A stretch of DNA of 64,000 nucleotides from Eledone cirrhosa (GCA_964016885.1 OZ024743.1:192262001-192326000); one strand, 5' to 3'; counted from the stretch's first letter, positions 24,305 to 37,929 are shown. Program-made: numbers and translations. Notes: generated by a model from the letters alone, not told the origin.

Positions 24305-24624
24305 AAGGCATATGGCTTAGTGGTTAGAGTATTGGGCTTACAATCATGAGGTTGTGAGTTCACCACACAGACCAGGTAGTGCAAGACACTTTATTTCACA
24401 GCTCCAGTTTACTCAGCTGTAGAAATGAGTTGCGACATCACTGGTGCCAAGCTGAATTGGCCATTGCTTTTCCCTTGGACAACATCAGTGGAGTGAAGAG
24501 GGGAGGAGTGGGTGAGTGTTGGTCTTCCACAAACAACCTTACCTGAACTTGTTTGTGCCTTGGAGGAAAGCTTTCTAGGTGCAAATTCTATAGTCATTAG
24601 TGACTGAAGAAGATCTTTATCTTT
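24305..24624 (+). mobile_element. Second tRNA-derived SINE family
   Basis: A box tggcttagtggttagag, B-box-like gttgtgagttca, body gcaagacactttatttcac...ctcagctg. Confidence 0.7.
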
Positions 24625-24632
24625 ATATATAT

Positions 24633-27600
24633 ATCATCATCATCACCATATTACATCCGTTCTTCCACGCTAGTATGGGTTAGACGGGTTATCCTGTTGT
24701 GGGCAGTGTCCAGTCGGCTGACCTTGTCTTGCACACGCTGGAACTGGTTCTGGCTTGATTTCTACAGCTGGATGCCCTTCCTAACACCAACCTCATTTAC
24801 AGTGAGTGCTGGGTGCTTTTTTTCCATGGCACCTACACGTCCACTTTACAGTGTGGACTGGGTGCTTTTTTGCCGTGACACCTCCACGACCACTTTGCAG
24901 TGCAGGGGCATATTGTCTATAGGCTTCAGCTTCAGCTTGTACTCGTGGAAACTCGGGTCTTCTGTATTACTGTGTAACGCCAGAGGTCTCAGTCCTGTGC
25001 CATCGCCTTTGAGAGGTGCAAGATCAGCTTTTATCACTTCATCTCAGGTCTTCTTGGGTCTCCCCACTCCGCGGCTTCCATCAACTTCTAGTGTTCTGCA
25101 CCTTTCTATGCAGCTGTCATCCTTCATACACATCACATGTCCATACCACCGCAACCTCCTCTCCTGCAACACAGCATTTGATTCCTCTTATGCTCAGTCT
25201 CTCTCTCAATTCATTTATGCTTTGCCGTTCACGTATATTACTATTACACATCCATCAGAGTAAGCAAGCTTCGTTTCTTTCTAATCTATGCAAGTCTTCT
25301 ACACACAGTGCCCAGGGCTCACTACCATGTAGCATTGCTGTTCGGATACACGCATCATACAGTCTGCTTTTCATTTTAAGGGAAAAGCCTTTTGCAGCTA
25401 GCAGTGGCAGTAGTTCCCTGAACTTCTTCCACCCCGTTCTTACCCTGGCTACTGTACTTTCCGAACACCCACCTCCGCTGCTAATTCGGTCACCTAGGTA
25501 GCAAAAGCTGTCTACTGTTTCTACAGAGCCCTCCCAGAGTTTGGTGGTGCTTGTTTCTTGTGGCCGTTTGCTGCTTGCCTACATTCTTAGCTAAGCTTCC
25601 TGAAATGCCACTACATCTCTTGTGTACACATTGTTTGCATTTGGGGCAGATGATGGAGTTCCTACCTACACCTTTCCTACATACTGAGCAAGGCCATTTC
25701 CCTGAGGGGATCTGGGTTCTGTTTTCTCATCTACTTATGAAGACTTTAGTCTTTGTCAGGTTGACTTTGAAACCCTTTCTTTCTAGTTCCTGCTTCCATG
25801 ATTGGAATTTCTTCTCTGGTTCCACCATAGATTCAGCTATAAGTGTGAGATCATCCGCATATAGGAGTTCCCATGGGCATCCAGTCTTAAACTCCTCTGT
25901 TATTGCCTGCAATACTATAATGAACAGGAGAGGGCTAAGAACAGAGCCCTGGTGGACACCGACCCGTATGGTAAATTCCTTGCTATAGTCATTGCTAACC
26001 CTAACTTTGCTGACTGCTCCCCTATACATGGCTTGTACAGCTTTCACAAGCCATTCATCTACTCCTAGTTTTCTAAGAGCCCACCAGATTATAGCATGGG
26101 GCAGTCTGTCAAAGGCTTTTTCCAGATCGACAAATGCCAGGTAGACTGGCTTACTTTTAGCTAGGTACTTTTCCTGTGACTGCCTCACAAGGAAGATGGC
26201 ATCAGTGGTGCCTTGTCCTGGCACAAACCCAAATTGCATCTCATCTAGTTTTACCCGGTCCCTAATCAACTGTGCTATAATTCTTTCCGTTACTTTCATG
26301 ACCTGGTCCATCAGCTTTATACCTCTATAGTTTCCTCTATCTAATGCATCACCTTTACCCTTGTAGCAGTTGACAATGGTGCTACTGCACCAATTCTTTG
26401 GTATGACACCTTCTAGTATTACCTGGTTAACAATACGTGTGGTTATGGTGTGATCTACCAACCCAGATGCTTTCAGCATCTTGACAGCTATACCCGATGG
26501 ACCGGTTGTCTTCCCAGTCTTCATATCTTTAATTGCCTTACTTACTATGCTGCTGCTGACTTGTACTGCTGGCCCCTCTATAGTGTCCACTTCTGGTAGG
26601 GTCTCTTTCTCCCATGCATTCTCCTAATGGCTCTTTCTTCTTGAAACTTGTGAGGGCAAGCTCACCTTTATCATTCCGAACACACTTCTCTCCAATGACA
26701 TCACAATTCAATCTAACACACTGCCTTGCAATCCTGAACACCTCCTCTTTCTGGTCCTCATGCTGCAAAACATGCTTGAATTTTCCATCCTCTGCTTCCC
26801 TTCTAGTTAAGTATACTTGTCGCCTAGCTTCCCTCCTGGTCTCTATGCAATGTACCCTGCTTCCCCCCTTCTTCCATTCTTTCCATGCCTGTCTCTTAGC
26901 CTTAACTGCCTCATCTACCTTATTGTTCCACCAATAAGTTACTCTCCTCCTCCCTGTGGTCTTGCTCCAGCCACAGATCTCATCTGTCGACTTTAGTAAG
27001 TTATTCTTTAGGAACTCCCAGTGCTCTTCTAAATTGAATGTCTCTATCTGTTCTTCTTTACTGTCATAGGCATCGAGTAAAATACCTCTAAATCTGTTAC
27101 TGGCTGATGGGTCTTTCAGCTTCCAGATCTTTCTCCTCCAGGTTGCCTTCTGTTTCCAGGTTCATCTAATTCTGACCGTGAGGTTGCTGACAACTAAGTT
27201 ATGTTGGGAGGTACATTCCTCACCAGGGAAAGCTTTTGTGTTTACAACCACCCATCTATCTCGTCCTCTGATGAGGATAAAATCTATCTGACTAGAATGC
27301 TTCCCAGATCTATAGGTGATCAGATGGTTGTCGGGTTTTTGAAGTTTGTGTTACATATCAACGTTATTGGCATCACAGAATTTCTTGTGCCAAACCCGTA
27401 GCCTCCATGGACTCTATAGAAGCTGTCACGGTGTTTCCTAATGTGTCCATTAAAGACTCCTGCAATGATTAGGAAGTCATTTTTGTTTGTTAGGGCAGTG
27501 GTGTGCATTAAGGACTCGTAAAACTTATCCTTAAGTTTGTCTGGCAACACCGATTGTGGTGCGTAAGCTGATATGATTGTAGCAATTGTTTTATTCAGGA

Positions 27601-28556
27601 CTAGTCTGAGTTTAATGATTCTTGCATTCACCTTGTTCACTGAGATTACCTTATCTACCCATTTGTCAGCTAATAGTATACCTATACCATCCATTCCGTT
27701 GTCATTTCCCACCCAGAAAATTTTGGAGCAGTGATTTTTGCCTACAAGGACTCTAGCAGACTCCCCTCTCCATCTAGTCTCTTGCACCCAGCATACATCA
27801 ATTTCCTTTCGGTCTAGCATCTCTAGAATTTCTCTTGCTCTTCCTTTCATTGTGCTTACATTGCTGGTTCCAACTCGGAGTTTTGGGCATTTGCCATCAT
27901 TCGTAGGAGAAGGTGAATTTTTGCGGGAGCGGGGTGTGTATGCTACCTGTCTCTGAATTAAAGTTTCACATGGGTGCTTGGTAACTCGCAGATTCATATT
28001 CATTTATTAATTCGGGGTGTTCCATTTATCCTCAGTTCATCCATAACGGTAAAGGAATTTTTTGGTGCAGGGCTAGAAGGACAGTAATAGTAATGGCAGA
28101 GTTTGTTGGGACTGGTAAGGGCTAGAAGAACAGTAGTAGTAGTAGTAATGGCAGAGTTTGTTGGGGCTGATAATGGGTGGGGACATGTTGCTGAGGTTTT
28201 ATTGGTCGAATAGCCTATGGTGGTGTGACAAGATGGGCGGGAAGGAATTGTGAGATAGGTAGCCATCATGGCATATAACATCACAGGAGATTTGGGTGAA
28301 ATAAAGCAGTACAAGTATACATATTAGACAAAGCGAATATGCAAGGATTTCGAAGATAGTCATCTAGTTTCGTAAACCTCAAAATGAAATATTTAGTAAT
28401 GCATTTTGCCTTTCAGAAATCAAAATTCTGTGTCAGGCTTCGTAAACCTCGAAATGAATGAATGAGAAGGAAGAAGGGAGGTAATGGGTAAAGGATAGGA
28501 TATGACTTTCGTAGGAGAGAGGGAGAGATATAATGACCAACGTGCTTTCCTTCGAA
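24633..28556 (-). mobile_element. Near full-length RTE LINE, family A (APE endonuclease, RT, PHD-like finger), disrupted
   Basis: APE: LRVGTSNVSTM...DVCWVQETRW...ISAYAPQ. RT: QFGFVPGQGTTDAIF, FVDLEKAFD, GVHQGSVLSPLLF, LLYADDL. (GAT)n tail; (TA)n on both flanks. Confidence 0.95.
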
Positions 28557-28577
28557 AATATATATATATATATATAT

Positions 28578-29098
28578 CATCATCACTGTTTAACGTCTAT
28601 TTTCCACACTTACATGGATTAGATGGGTTGTCCACATTATGAGACAATTCTGGCCAAATGGCTGCACCATACCTTGCTCAAACAGAACTGTATTTTGACT
28701 GGGCTATTTTTACAGCTGGATGCCCTTCCTAACACCAACCATGTTTATAGTGTAGGACTGGGTGGTCCTGTTGTGCGGAGGGTCTGGTCAGTTAGCCACA
28801 CCGTCCCTTGCTCATAACAGGACTGCATTTAGGAGGAGAGTTTTATGGCTGCTGGATGCTTTTCCTAACACCAATCATGTTTATAGTGTGGGACTGGATG
28901 GTCCCTCTTTATATGGCAAGTCTGGCCAGTTGGCCACACTGTACTTTGCTCATAATGGAACTGCATTTAAGCTGGGGTTTTATAGCTGCTGTATGCCCTT
29001 CTTAACAGCAACCACGTTTACAGTGTGTGACTGTGTAGTTCCTCTTTATGAGGAAAGTCTGGGTAGTTGGCCATGCCACATCTTGCTCATAACAGGAC
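28578..29098 (-). mobile_element. Non-coding element: RTE tail plus ~4 tandem 136-bp 3'-end modules
   Basis: catcatc...aacgtc tail, then ctggatgc at 28716, 28852 and 28989; (TA)n on both flanks. Confidence 0.85.
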
Positions 29099-29119
29099 TA
29101 TATATATACATGTGCATGT

Positions 29120-29715
29120 GAAGTCTTAAGAATTTGACTTTGTAGAAAAAATGTTTGTAAGATTCAGTTGTACATAATTGTGATGTTGTATTGTGTATTC
29201 TTGGATTTCAAAAACAAGATGTGGCAGGATAAAGATATATCATTTTCTCTGTGTATGTTTTGAACGGTGTGTGTGTTGAAAGGAATTTTTTTAAAGGGGT
29301 TTGCACTTAAACCTATGTAAGCTTGGCTTTGTGCATTGTCAGTGATTGTTAGCAATGTATTTGCTAAACAGTTTCTATTAAGTAGACAGGTTGTGATGTT
29401 AATGTGGTTATAGGTAGGTGGGCTTCCTTGGTTTTGCAGATTATAAGTGTTTTGTGTTTTGATTAACTTACAGTAGTTGGTGAGGCCTATGATTTGTTCA
29501 AAGGTTTTTTGAGGTTCAGTATAAAAGTTTGGTATTATGTTTGTTAATTAGCTTGTGGTACTTATGGTCCTTAGGAAAGTGTTTCTCAAGTAACTTGAAC
29601 ATTTTTACTGTGACTGGTGTGGAAATTTACATATTGGTGTTTTTCTGTTTCTGTTTATATTTTTATACTTTTTGGTTGTTGTATTGTATTTTATTTTTCT
29701 GTTCACTACTTTGTA
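29120..29715 (-). pseudogene. Penelope-like element remnant (Neptune-type linker plus GIY-YIG endonuclease)
   Basis: Minus translation KLLEKHFPKDHKYHKLINKHNTKL, CLLNRNCL, AYIGLSANPFKK, SLSCHILFLK. Confidence 0.8.
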
Positions 29716-29870
29716 GAGTGTTAGATAACATCCATGATCTTGGCTCATGCTTGGGGATCCAGCCGGATCAGTTGGGGATGGTTGCCTCTGACAAGAGCTG
29801 CTGGAAGGAGTGTTTGAGGACTCTGCCTCCACGACCCTCTCAGGAATAAGTGGGTGACGAAAAGAAGAAG
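29715..29870 (+). mobile_element. RTE family C 3' end
   Basis: WKECLRTLPPRPSQE* then gaagaag tail; homologous to 205-420. Confidence 0.7.
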
Positions 29871-30339
29871 TTAATATAGGGAATGTATATTTCTTTTAAT
29901 GCTAATTGACTGGAAGAAAGATCAGATAATTTTGATTGACCCAAATCGACAAGATCCCAGACCTCATTCATTTTTTTCAAGTGAGGTGGAACTCGTCAGA
30001 TCGGAGCAAGGAAACAATGTTTCCATTGGTCTTTCCAATTGCTGATACTATCTACTCATCACAACCCCTGTCATATTTTCTGCTAGTTTGTTTTTAGTAT
30101 GCTCGGAGGGTGGTCTGAGGATTCATGTATATATTTTCTCTATTATAGGGTTTGTGTATCTATATATATATATATATACATATATGTGTGTGTTTATATT
30201 TGCATGCATGGTTTTGAGTATGAATGAAAATATTGGTATGAATATATTGCTTTATATGTATATGCATGGAATATGCCAGCAAGAAAAGCAGACATTAAAC
30301 TATGATAATGATTATGATGATGATGATGATGGTGATGAT

Positions 30340-31365
30340 ATTGATCTTGCTCAGTGCACAGGGAAGGAGTAAGTAAAAACTCCATCCTATGCCTCAAATG
30401 CAAACTATGGGTAGACAAGAGATGTAGTGGGATCTCAGGTAGGCTAGCAAAGAATGCAGGTTTTGTATGTGGTTGTTGCACAGGTGCAGTAAGTAGCAAC
30501 AGCCCACAGAATACTAACTCCTTTAAATGCCCAGAGGGCTCAGTAGATGTAGTTGATTGTTTCCGTTACCTGGGCGACTTAATTAGCAGTTGAGGTGAAT
30601 GTTCCAAAAGTACTGTAGCTGCTAACCACAAAAGATTATTCCCTCAAAATGATGAGCAGATTGTATGATGTATGTATAAGGGCAACAATGTTGTATGACA
30701 GTGAGACCTAGGTGCTGTGTGCAGAGGACCTATAAAGATTGGAAAGTAGTGAAGCTTCCATGCTTTGATGGATGTATAATAGTAATATACATGAATGGCT
30801 AAGCATAAATGAACTGAAAAAGAAACTAGGCATAAGAGGGATTACATGCAGTGTGAAGGAGAGGAGATGTTAGTATGGACATCTAATGCATATGAAGGGA
30901 TAATAGCTGTATAAAAAGGTGCTATGGTGTAGGAAGACGGGATGAGATGATAAAAACAGACCTTGCACAATTGAGCCTCTCGAAGGCATTGACACAGGAT
31001 CGAAATCTCTGGCATTATGAAGTGATACAGAAGATTCGTCTTCTCATGTGCATGGCCTGAAGCATACATCTTGTATGCACTACTTTCTCCCTCCCCTTCC
31101 ATATTCCCCCACGTCCTAATAACTCTCCCCCATCTATGTCCCTCCCACTCTTTCACCCTGAATGTCCTAAAACTCCACCCATGTCTGAACACCCTACCCG
31201 CCACATGCCCATAGATCTACCTCCCCAATCCCCACCAAGTTCCCAGCCCACACTATAAAGTAGTTGGGATGGCGATACAGTGCCTAGCCCACACTGTAAA
31301 GTGGTTGTGTAGGTGTCATGACAAAAAGCACCCAGCCCTCACTATAAAGTGGTCATGTAGGTGTC
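30340..31365 (+). mobile_element. Degenerate RTE family A copy with 3' tail deleted
   Basis: KNSILCLKCKLWVDKRCSG...VDCFRYLGD; 3' UTR repeats stop abruptly at an LTR. Confidence 0.88.
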
Positions 31366-32095
31366 TCCGTGAGTCAAGATGTGTGGCTGTACTTGTTGCC
31401 ATAGCAGTAGCTGAAAGTTGAAAGTCAAAAGTAAAGCTACCATTACAATATCTGATGAACAATAATAAAAAATGTTAAGAAATAACTTATGTCAAAGCTA
31501 TTATTAACAAAATAGGAAAACAATAAGAAACCAAGAGAATTATGTGTTATGTGTGGGTGGTTTGCGTGAATGCCATAGTAGTCTGAGAAGATGCACTGGA
31601 CTAACTTTTAGCGAAGTACCAACCCTGTCGAGAGAGCTGGAGTGATTTTTACTAAGCCCTACATCTCTCTATTGCTTGAGCAACTCAAAGTGATGTCCTT
31701 CTCTTCTGAGAAATGAGAGTAGAATCTTTAAGAAAATCTTATCTCATTTAACTCCAAGTTGGCCAGTTTCTCCAGACTACTGGTGCCAACTCCAGATAAA
31801 GAAAAACAGCACCTCATATCATTTTGGGGTCAGTATGTATGGAGAGATTTTGCTACATTAGTTTCTCACCCAGATCGATGCGGGAGCAGTGATAGATAAC
31901 AGGAGAGGTAGTGAAATGCTAGAATAGGGTTTGAAAAATGTGGGATCGAGATCTATGTTCATTTTAGTTATATGGAGTCTTAAGTCCCTCTACATATCTT
32001 GAAAAAACTAAATGTGCATTCTGGAGGGTGTTGAGAATGCATGACTAGAGTGATGTATATCTAACAGTGTTGTGTGCAATTGCATGTAACATAAT

Positions 32096-32284
32096 TGTTT
32101 CTACTATTGGCACAAGGCGAGCAATTACCCAGTGCATTACTGGTACTTTATTTTATCGACCCCGTAAGGATGAAAGGCAAAGTTAACCTCAGCGGGATTT
32201 GAACTCAGAATGGCAAGGGCCATAACTCCATGCGTCAAAGCATGGCATCCGACTCTCTACCGATACTGCCAATCTACTGCCATA
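32096..32284 (-). mobile_element. tRNA-derived SINE with 19-bp TSD
   Basis: TSD caattgcatgtaacataat at 32077-32095 and 32285-32303. Confidence 0.93.
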
Positions 32285-32547
32285 CAATTGCATGTAACAT
32301 AATGTCTGTTAATTCGTTTTGATTGCAAACCTATTTAAGTCTAGGCTGTTGTGATCCAAAAACTATTCCATTGCTTCAAAATTAGTGGAATATGAAACAG
32401 AAGAAGAGAGAAAGGTTATCTTGTAATACCCAATATAATTCATTTAGTTTACCTGTGTTTGCGCGAAAATTATTTGGAACTGTTTGTGGTATTGTGTGTG
32501 TATGTGTAAACATAAAACAAATTACATGCAAGAGACAGAATGATACA

Positions 32548-32760
32548 TTAACCCTTTAGCATTTAAACCGGCCATATCCAGTCAGAATTCTCTCACATCT
32601 TTCTGTTCAAACTGGCTGTACCTGGCTGCTCATACTGATTTTAAAGTAAGATACTCAAAATAAATAACATCAAAATCTCATAGATTCGATATTATGAGAG
32701 ATAAAGCTTTTACTATGAAAATACAATAGTAAATATAGAGTAATGTAAATACTAAAGAGC
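32548..32760 (+). mobile_element. Small piggyBac-like MITE
   Basis: ttaa-ccctttagcattt start; inverted homologue at 54350-54590. Confidence 0.6.
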
Positions 32761-33089
32761 AGAGTAAAAAACAACAATAAATAATCATATTAAAGAAAAT
32801 CTATAATTGTTATTTTTTTTTAATATCAAAATTCTTGTATTCATGAGTGACTTTCTTTGAATGGGTAGGTTTTGGCCACCACAAATGTTGTTGTTATTGT
32901 TATATAATCTTTTGCTGTAATTGCTGTTGTCACAGATGTTTTTGTTACTACTGCCGACAGCTAAAGCAATATCTATTACTGTGATATATATTCACTGATT
33001 CCCAAAACGAAAAGTATTTTCCTGCTGATATATGTTTATTATGTAAAGCTGTAATTACAGGTAAACACACACCTCCAGCACTTAGCATC

Positions 33090-35690
33090 TTTCATTCCAA
33101 TGTGTCCAAACACGGAAGAGCCAAATTCCTACTGTCATCACCTCCATCTCTCTCACCCTCCCCATCTCTCTGTGTTATGAGCAAATGGGGTCCAACGTGC
33201 TGGCCACCCCACAGCCCGGCAGACAGAATGGAGAAAGCGTTTCCCTGGAGAATGGTAATGAAGATGCGCTGGAAAAGCCATTCCATCTTGCAAGGCTCAC
33301 ATCTGTGGCTGGCCAGCTATGGTGGTAAGTAGAAAGGTAGCCCTAGGGCCAAGGACACCAGAAGTCTCCACTGCCAAGGGCACGACCGTAAACCTGTCGG
33401 AGAGCAACCGGTATTTGGAGAGTTTGCACTCCTCAGCCTGAAGTGCAGCAAAACCTGTGTTAGTTGCAGCTTGCACCACATTATGGCTGGAGAAAGTGTC
33501 ACTGCAAGTGGCATCCCAGACGAGGGGTTTTCCAACGCAGAACGAGAAGATGATCTTACCGTCTGGCCTTTTGCCGTCCCCTCAGACCAGCCTCACTGGC
33601 TTGAGCTGGGGCGGGAAGCCTGCAGTATCCAACCCATGCTTTATGACCTCATTGAGGGCAGAATGGCATGGAAGATGCCCAGTACTGTAGCGACAGGAAA
33701 GTGAGTGGAGGCCGAAAGAATCCATGGTAGATCTGCAACGACATTTGTGTTGCTCGCAGATCCAGGAGCCAAGCCTCAAGGAAATGCCGATGCGCAGGCT
33801 ATCATTGTCCAGCTGCATGCCAGTGGAGAAGGTGAGTAAGGCATGGAGCCAGGCTCCACTGTGGGGTTTGGAGGCTGCGTGAAAACAAGCAAGGTGCTGC
33901 TGGTCGAGTGGGCGTGTTAGCCAGTCTGAGGCCAGGGTGCACTGGATGGCATCCCAAATACTTTGGGGGGACTTGACATCAGCAGGGGAGAAGGAGGAGA
34001 GACGTCTACTGGGCTAAGTTCCAGCTGGTCCCACATCTCACAGGTGGCCTCACATTCCTCGATCACAGAGAGTTCCATTGTGTTTAGGAGAAACCTGCTG
34101 AAAAGGATGCGGCATGAAGAAATGCTGTCAAAGCCAGTGAGATCAGGGACTGGAGACCAAGGCCACCATATCTAACAGGTAAGGTGGCCTGTTGCCATCC
34201 AATTTCATCAAACCTAACGTTGCATATCTCCTCAGCTGCTCCTCGGATACAAGTGTCGAGATCAGCGAGGAGAGATGCGTGGCTGTAGCACAGAGTGCTA
34301 CAAAGGGTATAGAGGAGCTTTGGCATGGCGAAGCAGATCTTCAACAGGAAGAGGGCTGGGTGGCCATCAATCATGCCCAGTCAGCTCGTGAGGGTCTTGA
34401 GTTGCTGGTGCCTGGACATGATATTGGAGCAGATGGCCAGCGGGTGGATTGGTGACCCAAGGATGAGGACATCCTCTTTGGGGGTCACCTGTACCTGGAG
34501 GAGAATGGATCATATGCCCAAGATGGAGGCTGCAAAGCTCTCTGCATCGTGGTTGGCATTCACCACCTCTAACTTGGACAAGTTGACCTGGAGGCTGATT
34601 CTTGCCAGAGCAGGAACCACTGATTGTTGGTCATGGCAGACAGTCTCTACGGGCCCGTCCAACGTAGCATCATCCAGGTACCAAATGTTGTGAGGGGCCA
34701 TAATACTCCAGGCAAAGTGGTCTGTACCAAGAGCAAACACCGAAGGGTAACCCTGTTGGACCCCAGTGGCTGAATGTATGACCGTATCAGCAGCAAGGAG
34801 CATGCTCAGGGCTCCATATGACAGGTGGGCCAGCGAGTAATAGAGAGGGCTCGACCAGATGGTCATGGTGTATGCAGTTGAAGGCATTCCTCATGTCAAA
34901 CTTGGCAATGAGGTGCCTGGAGTCCCTGGATGCCAGTTCTGGTGGGCAGCTATTGAAGAACTGCCCGGTTGTATGTGCAGCCCCCTCGCAGCCACCAGAC
35001 ACGCCGATACCCAGTTGCACTGGACTGAGCTCCTCGTCCAGTTCAGGTGTGATGGACCTGCAGACTACCTTAGCAGCCAGCCTCCAGAAGATATTGCCCA
35101 CAGCGATGGGGCATATGCCACCCTCTTTCTTCCTGAGAGCAGTTAGGCTAGCCGAAAAAAAGAGGCCTTGGGCATGAGGGTTCAGAGCACCATGGATGAG
35201 CCTATTGGTGAGTGCCACAATTGCACTCAGAAGGCGGCGCCTGGCCTCAGCAGAGAGGGGGGATAGCAACTCCTTGAGGTGGCCAGGTTGGAGACGATCA
35301 GCACCTCCGCAGTTGCTGGCTGGGAAAGACTTGATGGCAGACATGATGTCTGCATCAGAAGCCACAAGGAGCAAGTGAAGATCAGGTGGTGGTATGGGTC
35401 TAAGGTCAGCGGGTGGCTCAGGGTACTTGAGTCACAGGGCAGCCAGGACTTCATCGGCAGGTTGGAGGACAATGTCCTCCGAGGCAACCATCCTGACTGC
35501 AGCCAAGACATCACCCATGATTAGTTTGACATTTACATGGTCACGTAAACGCTTAGCACTGGTGTCAAGGGTGGAGGATTGAAGACACCTGAAAGCAGAG
35601 GGTGTGCCGTCCTTCAGCGCACTTGGGATGGGCGCTTGCCCAAAAGTCGAAACATTGGCCTTGACAAAAGCTGCTACCAACAGGCTGCCT
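33090..35690 (-). mobile_element. CRE-clade non-LTR retrotransposon (RT plus RLE), frameshifted
   Basis: GGADRLQPGHLK, PIAVGNIFWRLAAKV, QLGIGVSGGCEGAAH, FDMRNAFN, GVQQG, WYLDDATL, QATLPVRYGGLG, C-x-C..H..C, RPDG and WLFQRI. Confidence 0.92.
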
Positions 35691-37475
35691 CGGTGAAATA
35701 AAAAAAAAGAGGTGCTCCCAGTTGCTCCCAGTGGTCAAAGTTTAAAATTCTGTGAAATAAAATGGAAGTATGGATTGACCTTTCAGTCACACTTGTCTAT
35801 AAATAGATCAGGTTATTTCAAGAGGGAGATGGGGTGGTGCCATGTATTATCTCTTCTTGTGAAGCTAGTGCCAATTTCTCGCCATTTTTATTTATCTATT
35901 TTTATTTTATTTTTGGGGGGTTTATTTTTGAAAAATTGTGAGTGTACATTAAAGAGGTATGTGTAATTGTGTGTGTGATTGCATGACACAATTGCTCCAG
36001 GCTGGTTCGATGCGTTGTCGCCAGTGGAATGTGACAGTGGATTATGGTCCACAACCAATCCTTTTAAATTTTTCTTCTAAAGATCTGTTATTCCTCTCCG
36101 TGGTTTGTAAATAGTGTTGACTGATTGATATCAAGAGCTCGAGTATGTAACAATTTTGTTTTGGGGTCATAGTCCTGTATTTTGATAAAGGTTGAGTTCA
36201 TTAAATGTTGAGACTACATACTTTCTGTGTTGTTCTATTCTGTTTGTAAAAGCTGAATGTTTATTGAGACTATCAGAAATTTCCATGTTTGTAAAACTGT
36301 TCTGACTAATGGAAATTAGGGTTGTAGCATTTGTTGTTTTGTAGATGTTGCAATAAAAGTGTTTGTTTTTTAAAAGAAATTCCATTTCCTTTTTTGAAAG
36401 TTAGTCTTCATTTTCGGAAGTTGTTCTTTTTTGTTGTTATTAATCAGACTACGTGTTAGTAAGTTGGGGATCACTAACTGTGGGGAAATGAAGATTTGTT
36501 ACCATTGTTTTCTTATATTGCTCTCTCTCTCCCATATAAGTGCTGAGGGAAATGTGTGACTTATGGCAAATGAATTGAGTGTATGTTTCTCAGTGAGTCG
36601 AGATATGCAGCTGTACTCATTGCCATAGTCAGTAGTTGAAAGTTGAAGATTGAAAGAAAAGCTGCCATTAACAATATCTGATGGACAATAAAAAAAAATT
36701 GCTATTTTTTAAAGAATTTTAAAGAAATAACTTATGTCAAAGCTATTGTTGACAAAATAGGAAAACAATTAGGAACCAAGTGAATTATGTGTTATGTTTG
36801 TGTGGTTGGTTTGCATGATTGCCATAGTAGTCTGACAAGATGCATTGGACTAACCTTTATTGAAATACCAACCCTGTTAAGAGGGCTGGAGTGTTTTTTA
36901 CTAAGTACTACATCACTCTACTTCTTAAGCAACTAGAAATGATGTCCTTCTCTTCCGAGAAACGAGAGTGGAATCTTTAAGAAAATCCTATCTCATTTAA
37001 CCCTAAGTTGGCCAGTTTCTCCCAACTACTAGCACCAACCTAAGATAAAGAAAAACAGTACCTTGTGTCATTTAGGGGTCGGTATGTGTGGGGAGATTTT
37101 GCTACATAAATAAATATGAAGTGAGAATCTATTGATGTCGTACCTGCAGGAAGACAACATGAGTCAATGTATCAATATTCAATGATACACAAAATGAATT
37201 CATTGTTTCAGAGTGGCAATTAATTATTCAATTTTGAAGGGGCTGTGGAAAGTGTTCAAAGATAACACATGAACTTCATACTATAGGCAACAACAATAAA
37301 TACTCAGTAATAAACATAACCTGGACCATTAGGACTTCTAATATTCCAGGCTGTGACTGTGGTTAAAAGTATAAATGCACTGCCGCAGCTATTGCAATAT
37401 ATATTTAATAAACCTCTTAAACACTTATCAACTGCAAACAAATTCCTAACTGACCAAAAAAGCATACTTTCAAAA

Positions 37476-37929
37476 TCTAAACTATAATAAAGTAAGGAGT
37501 GCGGGACTGCATCCAGAATATATTTTTTTCTCCCGTTTGTAAAATAAGTTTGATTACTTTGAATAAATAATGAATGAATATTACATAATTTATCTACTTA
37601 ATTTCGTTATTCTTGATTAAATAATTTTGTTGCTTATTTTAAGATTCACTTCTTTAAAATGTTCAAATGTCAACACTTCCGGTTAGTGATCATTTAAATA
37701 AACATTCATGTATTTCCATCACTAATTTTCTCCTAATGCAGTTTATATATAATATCGTCTTTTTTTAATGTATCATGGATTACGTTACTGATTACATAAG
37801 ACAGTGTAACGCAGTCTTCATTCAATTTCTGTGTATATTGTCAATTACGATTTTATTTGATGTATCATATCTATATGCATATATACTTGCATATAATATC
37901 AATATGCACACTACACATGCTAGCAGAAA
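37476..37929 (+). mobile_element. Non-autonomous Helitron with 3' hairpin truncated
   Basis: a|TCtaaactataata start; inverted homologue of 53628-54174. Confidence 0.8.

Larger units (their letters stand above)
31362..37106 (-). mobile_element. Older non-autonomous LTR element with nested SINE, MITE and CRE
   Basis: Direct repeats 31362-31857 and 36479-37106, both ending ttgctaca; degenerate Trp-like PBS at 36464-36476; PPT-like ctgggtgagaaactaa next to the left LTR; left LTR lacks ~105 bp. Confidence 0.75.

Noticed and set aside
33963-35582. Numerous plus-strand ORFs of 60-120 aa
   Set aside because: Antisense shadows of the GC-rich CRE coding sequence
36000-36385. Possible gag remnant downstream of the PBS
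   Set aside because: No recognisable CCHC or capsid motif in any frame
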